A stretch of DNA of 63,449 bases, the filler included, from Octopus bimaculoides (Eukaryota), in the NCBI RefSeq assembly GCF_001194135.2. It is 7 parts of 6 records of this genome, joined end to end, with 100 filler letters (N's around TTAATTAATTAA, not from the genome) between each part and the next. Parts side by side here need not be neighbours in the genome. Positions count along the whole stretch, not along the records: positions 15,067 to 41,450 come from NC_068989.1; positions 41,551 to 45,816 come from NC_068991.1; positions 45,917 to 48,758 come from NC_068983.1; 4 more parts are not named here. One strand, written 5' to 3'. The notes beneath the pieces are model-generated. The model was given only the letters and a program-made list of their open reading frames with translations. It did not search any database and was not told where the DNA came from. Both the position numbers and the translations under genes were made by a program. Position 1 is the stretch's first letter, and the number at the start of each line of letters is the position of its first letter. Of the stretch, positions 35,255-47,778 are shown piece after piece.

Positions 35255-38200
35255 AGGGCTTCCCCCTGAGAATGCTAGTGTGAAATTAGAATGACTGGAG
35301 CAGGCACAAGTAAAGAGCAAAGATGGTAACCGATTGCAAACAGCAAGATGTGGTACAAAATGTGTTAAGTCAAGAGAAAATAATTACAAGTAATATAAAA
35401 AAGGGCATGCACAAAATTTTTGACAAAGTTCAATGGCAAAGCATTGGAATTGTTTAGCACATGAGCAAACAATTGCCTGTCATAGGGAAAAGGGTTGTTA
35501 GATGTAAATAGTTCTGGTGAGTTTTTTGGGCCAATGCACAGTGCGGCCTGTCTTGGTGACATAAAGTTTGTTTGTGTTAGTTTGTGGCGACGAAGGTGGG
35601 GGTGTAGGTGATGGTGTGGTCAAAGGTGCATGAGCAAGTGGATGTGTAGGTGGTTGTAAAGGATCAAAAGTGGGCGTGGCTGGGGTGTCATCGAAGGGTG
35701 TGGACACCTCAAAATGTGCCCTTTTTAGTCTGTCGACTGACACAGTCTCTGCCCGACTATTGATGCTGAGACTAAAAGTTTTGGGTGTGCACGATAGCAC
35801 ACGAAATGAACCTTTATAAAGAGAAACGAGCAGTCCTCTGACAGAATCATCCCGAACAAAACATGAGTCCATTTGTCAATGTCTGGTGGGATGTGAGAGG
35901 GAATAGACGGGTCACTCGGATGCTTGGGTGGAAGACTCGAGAAATACGAGTGAAGTCTGGTGATATACGATGTTGGATCAGGATGCAATGAATTGTCTGG
36001 TGCCAACATTGTACCAGGGGGTGCCAGGGTGGTACCATAAAGGAGTTCAGCAGAGGAGAAACCTAAGCCTGTTTAACAGCAGTGCGACCACCAAGAAGAC
36101 CGATAGGCAGGAATTCTGTCCAAGACTGCAGATCAGGAGTGGCATGTAGAGCGGCCTTCAGTTGCCTGTGAAAACGTTCAACTATCCCGTTGTACAAATG
36201 TGATGAACACCTAGGATTTGTGATAATTCACGAAATAAAGAAGCTTCGATCTGGCGTCCACAATCAGTGATTATTTTAGCTGGGACACCAAAGCAAGCAA
36301 TCTAGTTAGAAACGAAAGCTCGAGCAACTGACTCAGCGGAAATGTCCATTATTGAAATGGCTTCAGGCCAATGAGAGAAACGATCAATGTATGTCAATAT
36401 GTAAGAGAAACTGCGACTGACAGGCCATGGTCCAACCAGATCAATGTGGATATGGTGAAAGCGAGTCTCTGTCGGAGAAAACTGTCCAAGAGGAGTGCGA
36501 ATGTGCTTGTGGATTTTATAACGCTGGCATTTCACACAAGAGCGTGCTCAAGTGGTGATCATGCAGTGCATATTAGGTCAGAAAAACTGAGCCGTAATAA
36601 GCTTCACCAAGGCAGCGATGCCAGGATGTGACAGTGAATGCAAGGTATCAAAAATGGAACGCTGGTGGTTCTCAGGTACAAACGGTCTGGAAGAACCAGT
36701 AGCTGTGTTACAAAGGATTGCGCCTTCAGCAGACGGAATTGGAAGATAGGAAAACTTGCAACAGGACAACTTGGTGGAAGTTAGATCTAATGTGTCCAGA
36801 GCTGGGTGATCCTGCGCAATGGCAGTTAAATCGATTGCAGCAGGAGATGAAAGAAAACACATAAGGAGACGAGAGAGTGCATCAGCAGGAACGTTCTCTG
36901 TTCTAGGTATATGCTGAATGTCACTCGTGAACTGGGAAATGTAGTCCAAGTGACGAAAAGCACGAGGCGAGTGTTTGTCCGATTTAGATGACAGACAAAC
37001 ATAAGAGGCTTGTGATCAGTATAAATCACAAAATCCTGGCCCTCGAGTTGATGTTGAAAATGACGAACCGACAGGTAGATCGCTAAGAGTTCATGATCAA
37101 ACGTAATGTAACGACGTTCAGTTGACTTTAATCGACGAGAAAAAAATGCCAAAGGTTGATTTTGATTGTCGACGATATGTTGCAAAACAGCACCAACCGC
37201 AGAATCCGATGCATCAACTGTTAAAGGGAGATGAGCGTAAGGAACCGGATGTACACGCAAAGGAACAGAAGCTATTTCCTTCTTGATTGACGCAAAAGAA
37301 GATAATGCCTCAGCAGATAGAGTGATAGGAGAATTTTTTTTGTATTTGTTTTCAGTAGTTGAGTCAAGGGAAGTAACTTGTCTGCACATGTATGTATGAA
37401 CCTCCTGTAAAAGTTGACAATTCCCAAGAAGTTATGCACTTGGCGTAAAGAAGTGGAATGTGAGATGCGTTGAATTGTATCAACTTAGGAGGAGAGAGGT
37501 CGGATACCATTACAGTCGATATAATGACCTAGGAATTCCAGGGAGGTCTGTCAGAAAACACACTTATTGGGGTTGATTCGCACACTATAGGTGTGAAGAT
37601 GCCGAAAAAGTTGAGATAAGTGTTGGGGGTGATTTTCACGCGTGTCGCTAGCTATGAGCAAATCATTGACGTAAGCGAACACAAAGTCAAGTCCATGGAC
37701 AACTTTGTCAATAAACCTCTGGAATGTGCTCATTGCATTCCGCAAACCGAAGCTCATAAACAGGAACTCAAAACTTCCAAAGGGGGTGATAACGGCAGTT
37801 TTGGGAATATCGTCAACGTTCATTGGAATTTGATGATTAGCTTGGATGAGGTCAACCTTGGAAAAAATAGTATAACCATGCAAGTTTGAAGAAAAATTTG
37901 GATAGCGATCGGGAACAGTGACTACATTCAAATGTCTGTAATCCCCCACCGGGCAAAAATCTGAATCCCATTTCTGTGCCAAATGTAGAGGAGATGCCCA
38001 AGGGCTGGTGGAAGGGCGATTGAGCATTTTTGAGCCGATCTGGAGCGAGTCGCCATGGATGTGAAAAGACGAGTAGTCCAGAAGTAGTGATAGAATGGCG
38101 AGTCGAGTGTGTGACGTTGACTGATTTGAAAGTTGGATCTACCAGATCTGGGAAAGAAGTCAAAAGAGAGTGGAACTGGTCACCCACCGTGGCAACAAAA

Positions 38201-39039
38201 AAATGACGGGCTGAAAACTGCATTAGTAGTAAACCGAGTAGGCATAAACAAAGACGTAGAATCGTCCATGAGTGTCTGTCGCCTGACATCTACTCTACTA
38301 ATAAGTGAAAGTGGTTTAAGAAGTCCGTACCCAGAATGGGGTATGGTAGATCTGTTGTAACAAAAGCCCACCTAAAATCCCTTCGAAGGTTGAGATCTAG
38401 GTGTAATGAGACATGACTGTAAGTTTTTATCTGGGATAGATTCACCGTGTGCAGGTTAATGGCAGATTGCTTCAGCTTGTCTGAAGTAAGACGCAAAGGC
38501 CAAATAGAACAGTTGGATCCGGTGTCAACCACGAACGATTCGTTAGATATACGAACCTTAACAAAGAATGCACGATGAGATAAAAATTTGCAGGAAGAAT
38601 TTGACATGCCCAAATCTTCTGTAACTAGTTTCCCAACAGCTTGAACGAACAGGGATGGATGCATCGACGGGCTTTGTCCTTAAATGTAGCATGGTACCAG
38701 TAGAGATTGGAAACCATTGGAGTAGAACTAGACAACCGTGACTTAGAATAACTTTTGCCGCAAGGACGATGAGAGCTGGCGTGTTCTCGCTTCAATGTGT
38801 CCATGTAACGTGCTAATGCATCGACTCTCTCCAAAATGTTGTCATGTGACGAGGGAGAAGACTTGGTGGTAGTAGAGGAAGCTACTATGGAGTCCAAACA
38901 GGTATGGTGAGGTGCGGGCTGCACAGTAAACTCTATCAACTTGTCCGCCATGGTGGCTATCTGATGTTGTTCTTGTCTCGTACATGGCTACTGGTGATAT
39001 CTCGTTCAAAATGGCGTTGGCTTCTTGTGCCTCGCTACA
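34968..39039 (-). mobile_element. Gypsy LTR retrotransposon, decayed
   Basis: gag end (YWYHATFKDKARRCIHPCSF), protease VDTGS, RT (FLFMSFGLRNA, YVNDLL), RNase H (VDASD, YTDHKPL), integrase (HIHIDLVGP, YKGSFRVL). Truncated 5' LTR begins TGTAGCGAGGCACAAG at 39039. Confidence 0.92.
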
Positions 39040-39114
39040 TACATATATATGTGTGTGTGTGTAAATATATATTAACTTAAAAGCTGCCCGATAGGGTGGG
39101 TTTTAAGCTATCTC

Positions 39115-39480
39115 CTATAAAACATTGGAAGCTCTCCTGTTTTCTGATTGCTCTAGTGATTCTGAATCCCTTCCTCTTCTCATCATGTTGGTTACATTGG
39201 AAGCTCTCCTAGATTCAGCTTGTTCAGATGTTTCTAATGTCCTTTCTCTCCTCTTGGTAAGAATATTTGATGCTCTCCTGGATGCAGCTTGTTCAGGAGT
39301 TTGAGATTCTCTAAGTATTTGCATATTCTTAGCATTTGAAGCTCTCCTGGCTGCCGTTTGATCTGGGTTTTCATTTGTACGGGACTTTCTTTTCCTTGTC
39401 GCATTATTGGCTCTTTTAATTGCAATCTGGTCCTCTGTTGGTGGAGATTTATTTTTATGTGGCATACTGCTGCCGTATGC
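39115..39480 (-). mobile_element. Helitron-like Rep/Hel N-terminal repeat region
   Basis: Four 69-72 bp repeats encoding E-x-x-EQ-x-x-x-RRASN; resembles the charged repeats at the N-terminus of animal Helitron proteins (family call is inference). Confidence 0.55.
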
Positions 39481-40734
39481 GATAGGCAACAATAAATTAC
39501 AGAAGAACTGAAAATTGATCACTGCATTTAAATATTGCGTTAATATCTAAGCCTACCTTTTAAAAGTTCAACGATAATTCTTCTCTCACCGCTTAATTTA
39601 AAGACAATTTGATGTACGTAGGTCCTTACTTTTCGTACAAATAATTATTTCTATTTCATGGGTAATTTTCGCTGGATTTTACAATTTATTTTAATTATTC
39701 CCAAATTTATTTCCTAGTTATAAAAATGGTTATATTAATATGCTAATACCTATGTAGTTACGTGCATACATACCTGTGGTGTGTATCACACTTAGTTGAA
39801 AGGAAGAGGTAAAAAGAGAAAAATGAAACTTGTTAAGCAGAAGTATAGTTGAAGTAAGAGGTAAAGCAGCAAAGAATAAGAAGTAAGAGGGAGTGAGAGA
39901 GAGAGAGAAAGAAAGAGAGGACATTGATAGTGTTGAGAGGTAAGAGAGATATACTGCGTTAAACGCAGGAGAAAGGTTAGAGGCAACGAGACATAGAGGA
40001 GGGAGGGGGAAGAGAGAAAGAGATTTAGAGAGATAGATTGAGTGAACGAAAGGAGTGGATAGAGAATGATAGTGAAATAGAATGAAGCTATTCTCAGAGA
40101 AAACGCTGGAAGACTTTTCATTTTCGATGATATATGATAAAGCCATTGTGATAGTTATTCTATGCTGGTTGAAAGGTATTTGTATAAAGCTTCATTGAAA
40201 AATATCAATTTTCCTGAAAGTTATGAGGTGGAAAATGCCAAGTTCTGTGAATTGTCCAAAACTCCTCTCCCTAACTCAGCAGGAAAATTTTTCCAACAAA
40301 TCTTAACATACACTCAATCAACAGGATCTAAGCGATTATTTATGGAATTTATGAAGCAACAAAGTTGGTGGGGTATGCATCTGTAGTTATGCCCCTAATT
40401 ATTCGATAGTTATTAAATGAAGTCACTATTTACAGATGCTTACCTTTTTAATGTTTTCCATGAAGTCTTCACAGGTACAGCTACTAAAAATTGTTATCGT
40501 ACAAAAACATTTGTCACTAAAAATCATGTAAAAAAAATCACTGAAAACAATCACAGTGATGAAAACTTAGAAATCAAAAATTTCAGGATTGCAGGTCCTG
40601 ATTTGGCCTGGAATATTTTTTATTTACTCATGGAGTTGACCTGATTCGAAAATGGTATGATATGTTTGGCTATGCTATCTAGGAATAAAGTTGAAAACAC
40701 TGACATTCGCATTTATTACATTAGATATTTGAAT

Positions 40735-40819
40735 ATGCAAGAGTTAAGGAATGGAGTAGATAAGATCTGGAAGCATATGTAGCCCAGATGTTATCTACTC
40801 CGTTCCTCAACTCCTGTAT
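40735..40819. other. Pre-miRNA-like hairpin
   Basis: 30-bp stem (40741-40770 with 40784-40813; 2 mismatches, 1 G-U), 13-nt loop, extendable by ATGCA/TGTAT. Confidence 0.55.
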
Positions 40820-40861
40820 TTTTATTCACATATCCAGCAACCTTGGTTGCCTCCTGTGAAA

Positions 40862-40893
<32 letters not shown>

Positions 40894-41550
40894 AATATTA
40901 GGGACAAAATCCAAAATTACAGGTAAAAACTCAATTAAAATCAATTTATAAAAGATTAAAATTAAATTGAGCTTTATAGATGAAATATATATAAAATATA
41001 TAGTTTTAGGGAAAATAACCAAGTTTCAAGAACTCATCGATGAAAATCCACTATCACATATAGAAAAATTAACAATTAAAAGCACAGTAAATGAGTATAA
41101 TATAAAGCAAAGTAAATATCATAACATAAATATAATAAAATGATTACACGTGTTTCATAACTAATTTTCAAGTAGAAAGGAAATTTAAATCGATTAAAAT
41201 CAATTGAAATTATCGAAAATAAATTCTATTCAAAAATATAGCTAATCGTCAGATCGTAAGTAGAACAATAATTAGATACATATATCTCAACCAAGAATAA
41301 GTAGCAAATGAATTAATATGAAATACTTATTTTATAAAGATAGAAAAATTATTAAAAATATCAAAATATCAAAATAATAACCATTCAATAATCCTCCCTT
41401 CATCCATTATAATAACATGTATATTATATACAAAAAACAGCTTACATAAANNNNNNNNNNNNNNNNNNNNNNNNNNNNNNNNNNNNNNNNNNNNTTAATT
41501 AATTAANNNNNNNNNNNNNNNNNNNNNNNNNNNNNNNNNNNNNNNNNNNN

Positions 41551-41594
41551 TATCATTATTATTATTATTATTATTGTTGTTGTTGTTGTTGTTC

Positions 41595-41684
<90 letters not shown>
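41551..41684. repeat. (ATT)n/(GTT)n microsatellite
   Basis: Direct reading; similar arrays at 42232-42312, 61116-61172 and 62814-62890. Confidence 0.97.
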
Positions 41685-41685
<1 letters not shown>

Positions 41686-42229
41686 TGAATGAGAGAGTAG
41701 TGTATGCCATCAAATTGACACTGGGGTAAAATATACGAAGCCCAGTATGCCGATCATGACTACCTGTCTGATAAGGGTACACCAGGCACATGCATCACAA
41801 CCATATGTGCGCGTCATGGTGATCTCACATCAAGATAAACAGCGCATGACCTCGCAGTTAGAATTTTCTTCAGGTCGAGTAGCCCATTCCGCTCAAAAAT
41901 TCCCTGAATAAGGGTTGTTTAACGATGATGAACAAAACACCCATGTTTCCGAGGGTGAATTATCCAAACTCTAAAGAATTCCTCTCAACACATGGCTATG
42001 ATGCCCCTCCACTACTTCTGCTCATGATCAGAGATGCACATATCGTCAGCCACCAAGGGACATGCTCAACTGTTTAAGGTAAAACTACTGACAAGCATAT
42101 CTGTGGTATTAAGCAGAATATTTGCTGTAACCCATCTTTTATACCAAGACAAAACAATGTACATGATAACACTTCCAACCAATTAAGATCAGAAGCCATG
42201 AGAGCCACTGCCTGGTACTGCATCCGGGC

Positions 42230-42230
<1 letters not shown>
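41685..42230. mobile_element. Non-coding interspersed element bounded by (ATT)n arrays
   Basis: About 545 bp of higher-GC sequence with ATT arrays directly on both sides; class unassigned. Confidence 0.5.
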
Positions 42231-42295
<65 letters not shown>

Positions 42296-42688
42296 CATCA
42301 TTATTATTATTATTTAAATTTTATTATATAGTTCATTTAATTGCATGCTTTCACCGCACAAAGTCGGCCGAGGTTTGTATGTGTTAAGTGCTGTTTAAGG
42401 TTTTTTTTTTTTACCTATTATACTAAAATTTCTTTACACAAAATGTATGACGTATTTAGTATGCTATTTATCTGAGTTTTTAGCTGTATTTTTGTTTACG
42501 TCTGTATTTTACTCATACAAGAAGCACTAATTACAAACGAAGTGATATATATTCTTTAACTCTTATACTTTATTTAATTAAGCAGTTTGGTCGGTGTAAT
42601 TTCATAGTTTCTTAGGTCACCTTTTCCCCGCATTTTAAGTCGTTTGATGCTTGTCGGTAGTACATTATTGTCATTTTCTCTATGAAAA

Positions 42689-42880
42689 ATGGTGCCAGGT
42701 TTATTATCTACTTTGTTGGAGTCTATCTCTATGCTAAAGTTTTATAGCATGTTTCCATTACTATTTTCTAAGACGGGTAGATCTTTTATTTACACTATGG
42801 AGCTTTTGCCTAAAATAATTGAAAATGGGTGTTTAAGTATATGGGAAGCAGATTCGTCTCATGTATTTTACTACACCTAG
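42689..42880 (+). pseudogene. Possible decayed SLC22 late transmembrane segment
   Basis: SFIYTMELLPKIIENGCLSI resembles the SLC22 YxYTxELxPTxxR motif; a frameshifted GSRF follows. No clean splice sites. Confidence 0.3.
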
Positions 42881-43298
42881 GGTAGAATATCCTGATACAA
42901 TGAGGAACGTGGTGTACTATTTCAGAAAATACACTCCATGGTTTGTATTCTGTAACAGTAAAAACCACACAAAAGGCTGCCATTCGTAACTTTTGTAAAA
43001 ACCAGAAATCTTTCTTATTAAGCTATTGAAATGACAATAATACCTTATTAAGTATTGAAATGACATATTTGGTGCGATATCAAACTACATTAACACATTT
43101 ACCCATTTACCTATGTTCCTTTAGTTCTGGATTCCAGTTTTGTAAAATTCAACTTTACCTTTTATCCCACATTGGTCGGTATAATAAGTAACATTCCCAC
43201 TTACTGGGGTCAATTCAATTGTTTATAACTCGCTTTTAAAAAAAATCTGTAACTCGTTGCAATGTTAAAAAATCGTATACCTATATTTATATTTTCAG

Positions 43299-43529
43299 TG
43301 GGATCTGGTGTGTAGCAAAGAAGGTTTGGCAGAAACTACTCAAACTTTATTTATTTTTGGACAACTTGTAAGTGGATTGCTATCGTCGTACTTAATCGAC
43401 AAATATGGACGAAAACCTACCCGTATATTCAGCAATTTCTTCTTGATCATCTTCAACTTGATTTGTGCATTTTCACCGTTCTACGGCCTATTTGCTGCGA
43501 TGAGGTTTCTCATAGGAATTTTGAGAGAG
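43299..43529 (+). CDS. Internal exon of an SLC22 (organic cation/anion transporter, MFS) gene
   Basis: attttcag acceptor; 231 nt, phase 0-0: WDLVCSKEGLAETTQTLFIFGQLVSGLLSSYLIDKYGRKP...AMRFLIGILRE. Contains the WDLVC signature and MFS motif A; donor GAG/gcaagt. Confidence 0.88.
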
Positions 43530-43634
43530 GCAAGTTTTTTGATTTGTGGTTATATTATAAGAAGATTATACATTTGTTTTCAAGCAAGAACAGTTGAATG
43601 GTAGAATCGTTAAAACATCGGAAAAGTGTCTTGT

Positions 43635-43935
43635 GGTTTTCATTCCGGCCCTTAACGGTCTGAATTCATATCCCCGACGAGGGCATCATTACCTTTCATC
43701 CTTTCGGGGACATTAGAACAGAGTACCAGATGGTATCGACTAACCCCTCCCATGAAAAACTATTGGTCTTGATATTTGAAACCATTATTATTATTGGTTT
43801 CAGACTTTGGCACAGGGCTACCAATTTTAGAATAGGGGCAAGTCGATTACATCGGCTCCAGTATTCAACTGGTATTATTTTATCTACCCCGAAAGAATGA
43901 AATGTAAAATCGACCTCGGCGGAATTTGAACTTCT
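43635..43935. mobile_element. Tail-to-tail pair of SINEs of the cctttcatcctttcgggg family
   Basis: Plus copy at about 43635-43760, minus copy at about 43800-43935. Further minus copies at about 46660-46875, 49060-49240 and 49460-49710. Confidence 0.65.
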
Positions 43936-44361
43936 AAATTTTTCTAGAGAGGAAATGAGTTGATGCCGTTGAAAGATGCACCTATGTGAACATACTTAGA
44001 TAACCTAGTAGTAGCCTCATATTTGTAAACAATATTGTTAATAAAACGTGTAATATCTAAAGGGAAAATAGAGGGATGCTTACAGTTGCACAACTTACTG
44101 AAGGATTATGTTGCAATATGGTAACTGACTATAGAGTTACTATCGTTACTATCACCGTTGTTAATATTCATATTCATATTAACCAAGCTCTACTTATTAT
44201 TATTAGTAACTTCCCTATCATTACATTTACTATTTATGTGTGTTACATCATATTCACTTGCATTAGGTCGTACCTTATTCAATTGACTTAGCAGTTAAAT
44301 AAGTATTATTATCTTTTAACGCACCAGGTCCTCAGAGATTCGCAGGAATGCCCGATATGTT

Positions 44362-44620
44362 TCAAGGCCTAGAATTCATTTTATTAATTTCGCCTACATT
44401 ATTCCCGAGCAGGTTATTCAGTCGTCTACTATTAATTGTAGGTATTATATACGCTAGGCCAGTTGTAGTGGAATGCAGCAGTTTAGCTGCTTGGGAATTA
44501 AGGACCTTCCTATATTTATTAGATGGGAGAAATTTTCTCTTCAACGCCGCAAGGAACAATTTCTGCAATCTCACCACTGTTCCCAGGTTAACTCTATTCC
44601 AGGGTAGTAGCATCTTCCAA
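44362..44620 (-). mobile_element. Penelope-like element fragment
   Basis: LFLAALKRKFLPSNKYRKVLNSQAAKLLHSTTTGLAYII aligns by eye with the PLE segments near 2100 and 13800. Confidence 0.6.
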
Positions 44621-45047
44621 GGGCCTACGTTAGATGTCAAAATAGGAGGAAAAGGTTTTATGGTTAAGGCATACAAGTCTTCTAGACATATGCTACACAG
44701 GGAAACTAGTGTGGGGTGATACCTTGATGTCCAGTGAAGTGTGTCCTTGCCCAAAGGTTAAATAGGCCCTTTACCTCAAGGGTAATTTCAAGAGAGCAGA
44801 AAACTATCAAACTGTAAAAACATATCTCAAAAGCAGTAGGAAACTATTGGTGTATCTTTCCGAAGAAAATCACGAGTCTATCGACTTTGAGACGCAGATC
44901 TCCGATTCCCGACATCTTTAAGCAGTGTACAGGAAGTAAGCAAGGTTTTGATCCGTTACTGGAATCAATAATCCTTCATTCTTAGCATTCTGACAAAACA
45001 ATTATTTATCACCACCATGCAATGCCTCTCTTTCTCCACCATCTGTA

Positions 45048-45091
<44 letters not shown>

Positions 45092-45239
45092 AAGTATGGG
45101 GCTTAGTTCACAGGTGATCTAAACGAATAGGTACGCTAAGTAAGTGCTGTAACGGATTACTAAGGGTCCAGGGTTGTAGCTGAGACGATAGTTATAGAGC
45201 CATTGCAGATTTCCGATATAGCAGATATATATTTGTTAA

Positions 45240-45523
45240 AGAGGGCAACAAACGTTAAGGTAAGGGAAATATCTTAAATCATATACATTATTATTACTGG
45301 AAAAAATTCAAAGTCAAAGTTTTACAGCTGTTTCTGGGATATTCCAGAGTATGGGATATTCCAGAGTATGGGATATTCCAGAGTATGGGATATTCCAGAG
45401 TATGGGATATTCCAGAGTATGGGATATCCCAGAAACAGCTGTAAGACTTAGAATTTTTTCCAATAATAATAATAATGCATATGACTTGAGATGTTTGCCT
45501 TGCCTTAACGTTTGTAGTCCCCT
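45240..45523. mobile_element. Kolobok/T2-type MITE with a central 17-bp tandem array
   Basis: TTAA at 45236-45239 and 45524-45527; AGAGG/CCCCT termini; about 100-bp TIRs; (GGGATATTCCAGAGTAT)x5 at 45336-45420. Confidence 0.85.
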
Positions 45524-45669
45524 TTAACAATTATATATATATATATCTATATATATGAAATTTAAATTTTATTAATAAGGGTAGAAATTGATATTAGTCA
45601 ATTAAAACCAGTGGTCTAGCATATTAAAAAAATCCGAAGATTAAAATTATATTACATACAAAAATAAGA

Positions 45670-45816
45670 GGAATGACCAGCAAAAGTGGTTTCCTATATG
45701 CTAGAAATAAATACCGAATCATGTGTCGCTAAATTTTTACTGAGAACATATTTTCGTGGTTAGATGATTCGGCATCTATTTCTAGCATATAGGAGTCCAC
45801 TTTTGCCGGTCATTCC
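45670..45816. mobile_element. MITE-like inverted repeat
   Basis: 53-bp arms 45670-45722 and 45764-45816; the right arm runs into a gap, so no TSD can be read. Confidence 0.75.
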
Positions 45817-45916
45817 NNNNNNNNNNNNNNNNNNNNNNNNNNNNNNNNNNNNNNNNNNNNTTAATTAATTAANNNNNNNNNNNNNNNNNNNNNNNNNNNN
45901 NNNNNNNNNNNNNNNN

Positions 45917-45987
<71 letters not shown>

Positions 45988-47689
45988 CAAAGTAAGGCGA
46001 CATCTAGAGCAATTATTATTCAAATGTATTCTTAGGATAGAGTAGATGTTTTTCGTAACAGAGTTGCTCAAGTGGTCTTTCAAACCATAGTTTATATCAT
46101 TATATCGCCGAACTTAAGCATTGTCCGATGTTCTAGGTGATTTGTCTAACTAATGTCAACAGTCGGAAATAATCGACTTTATTCGAATTCAGTCGTACAT
46201 TTTTTACTGTTTACTGTAAATTATGCAGTTAGAGAAAGGACAATATAAAATAGAATCTATGAGCCATAAGTGTGACTCAAGCGAATCAGGAGACCTAGTC
46301 ATTAACGATTCGATGGTAATGATAATTATTCTACTTAGCCATTTACTTCAGATAGGTAGAAGATGGATATCTATATGTTTTCTAGCTGCTCAGACTCACT
46401 ACAATTGAGAGAATGGAGACGTGACATGCATAACGATTCTGTGCGAGATAAAAGAATTACAGTAAAAATTCATGTATAGTATGCAATCTTACATCAAAAT
46501 CAAGACTAAAATTAGGGGTGTATAAAATACACGTTATTAAGCAACAAACTTTTACCCCACCCAATTTTAATAATAATAATAATAAAAGAAATAATATAAC
46601 AAAGTTTTATATTTTTGGATCATTCTTTTATGTAAATGTTTTATATGAAATGAGACATTGGTTTCAAATTTTGGCACAAGCCTAGGAATTTCGGGGTCGT
46701 GAATAAGACTATTACATCGAACCCAGTTCTCAACTAGTGCTTATTCTATCAACTCCGAAAGAATGGCAGGCAAAGTTTACCTTGGCGGAATTCGAACTCA
46801 GAACGTAAAGACGAATGAAATAACGCTACTGATTTTATCCAGCGTGCTAACGACTCTACCAGCTCGCCGCCTCCTATAAAAAGAAATATTTAAAAGCAAA
46901 ACTAATATATTGTGCTATTGTTGTAGATGATTTACACTCTTGTGGCAGTAATGCAACACTGCTTGATATACAGAGCACTGTGGAATTTTAAAGAAAGTTT
47001 AGCTCCTGAAATCGAGATGCCTAATATTCATACTGATGTGTTATACATGAACTTTTAAGACATTTAACATTGGTAGCAACTGTGTCATTACTTCATGCAT
47101 TTCCTCAGTTCATGCTTCTCATCTGTTCATTATCATCAGCTTCTCACAACTTTTGTCTCATCTCAATTATACATTTCTGCAAAACTCATGTATGCATTTC
47201 TTTCTGCTCAAAGCTTTTCTCCTCATCACCGTTGTTAAACCAGACAAATATAAATTGTAATTCCAGCAGTCTTTTCACCGTTAAATATGTTGTGTCTGAG
47301 CGTATTCGTGTGTGTATGTATTGTGTGTGTATGTATTGTGTGTGTATGTATTTTTTAAAATTAAACATTGTTAAAGATAAAGAAATTGTTTATGTTACGA
47401 TTAAATTTGTGATTGTGAGGTTATGGTTTCTTAGTTTCAGCAGTAGCTTAATCATAGAGTAATGTGCTTAATCTGTGATTTCTTGGAAATGGAAATAATT
47501 CATAGAAATCACTACAGTAAAAAACATGAGTGGGGAGGGAACTGGGGGTTTGATCCAAGTGTTTACCCCTCTAGACCATTGGCTTCCAACCATGTGGTTC
47601 CGGGTTCGATCCCACAACATGGATCATTGGGCAATTCTTCTACTAAAGCCGTAGAGTGACCAATAACTTGGATGGAAACTTTTCAAAAT

Positions 47690-47690
<1 letters not shown>

Positions 47691-47776
<86 letters not shown>
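47691..47776. repeat. (GT)n(GA)n microsatellite
   Basis: Direct reading. Confidence 0.95.

Positions 47777-47778
<2 letters not shown>

Noticed and set aside
42180-42230. Possible HDV-like fold on the minus strand (GGC-TCTCATG-GCT as P3/L3)
   Set aside because: P1 only 4 bp, P1.1 absent and P2 mismatched in this copy; not supportable.
45336-45420. Regular 17-bp repeats as a possible CRISPR array
   Set aside because: Head-to-tail units with no spacers, inside a eukaryotic MITE, and no cas genes.
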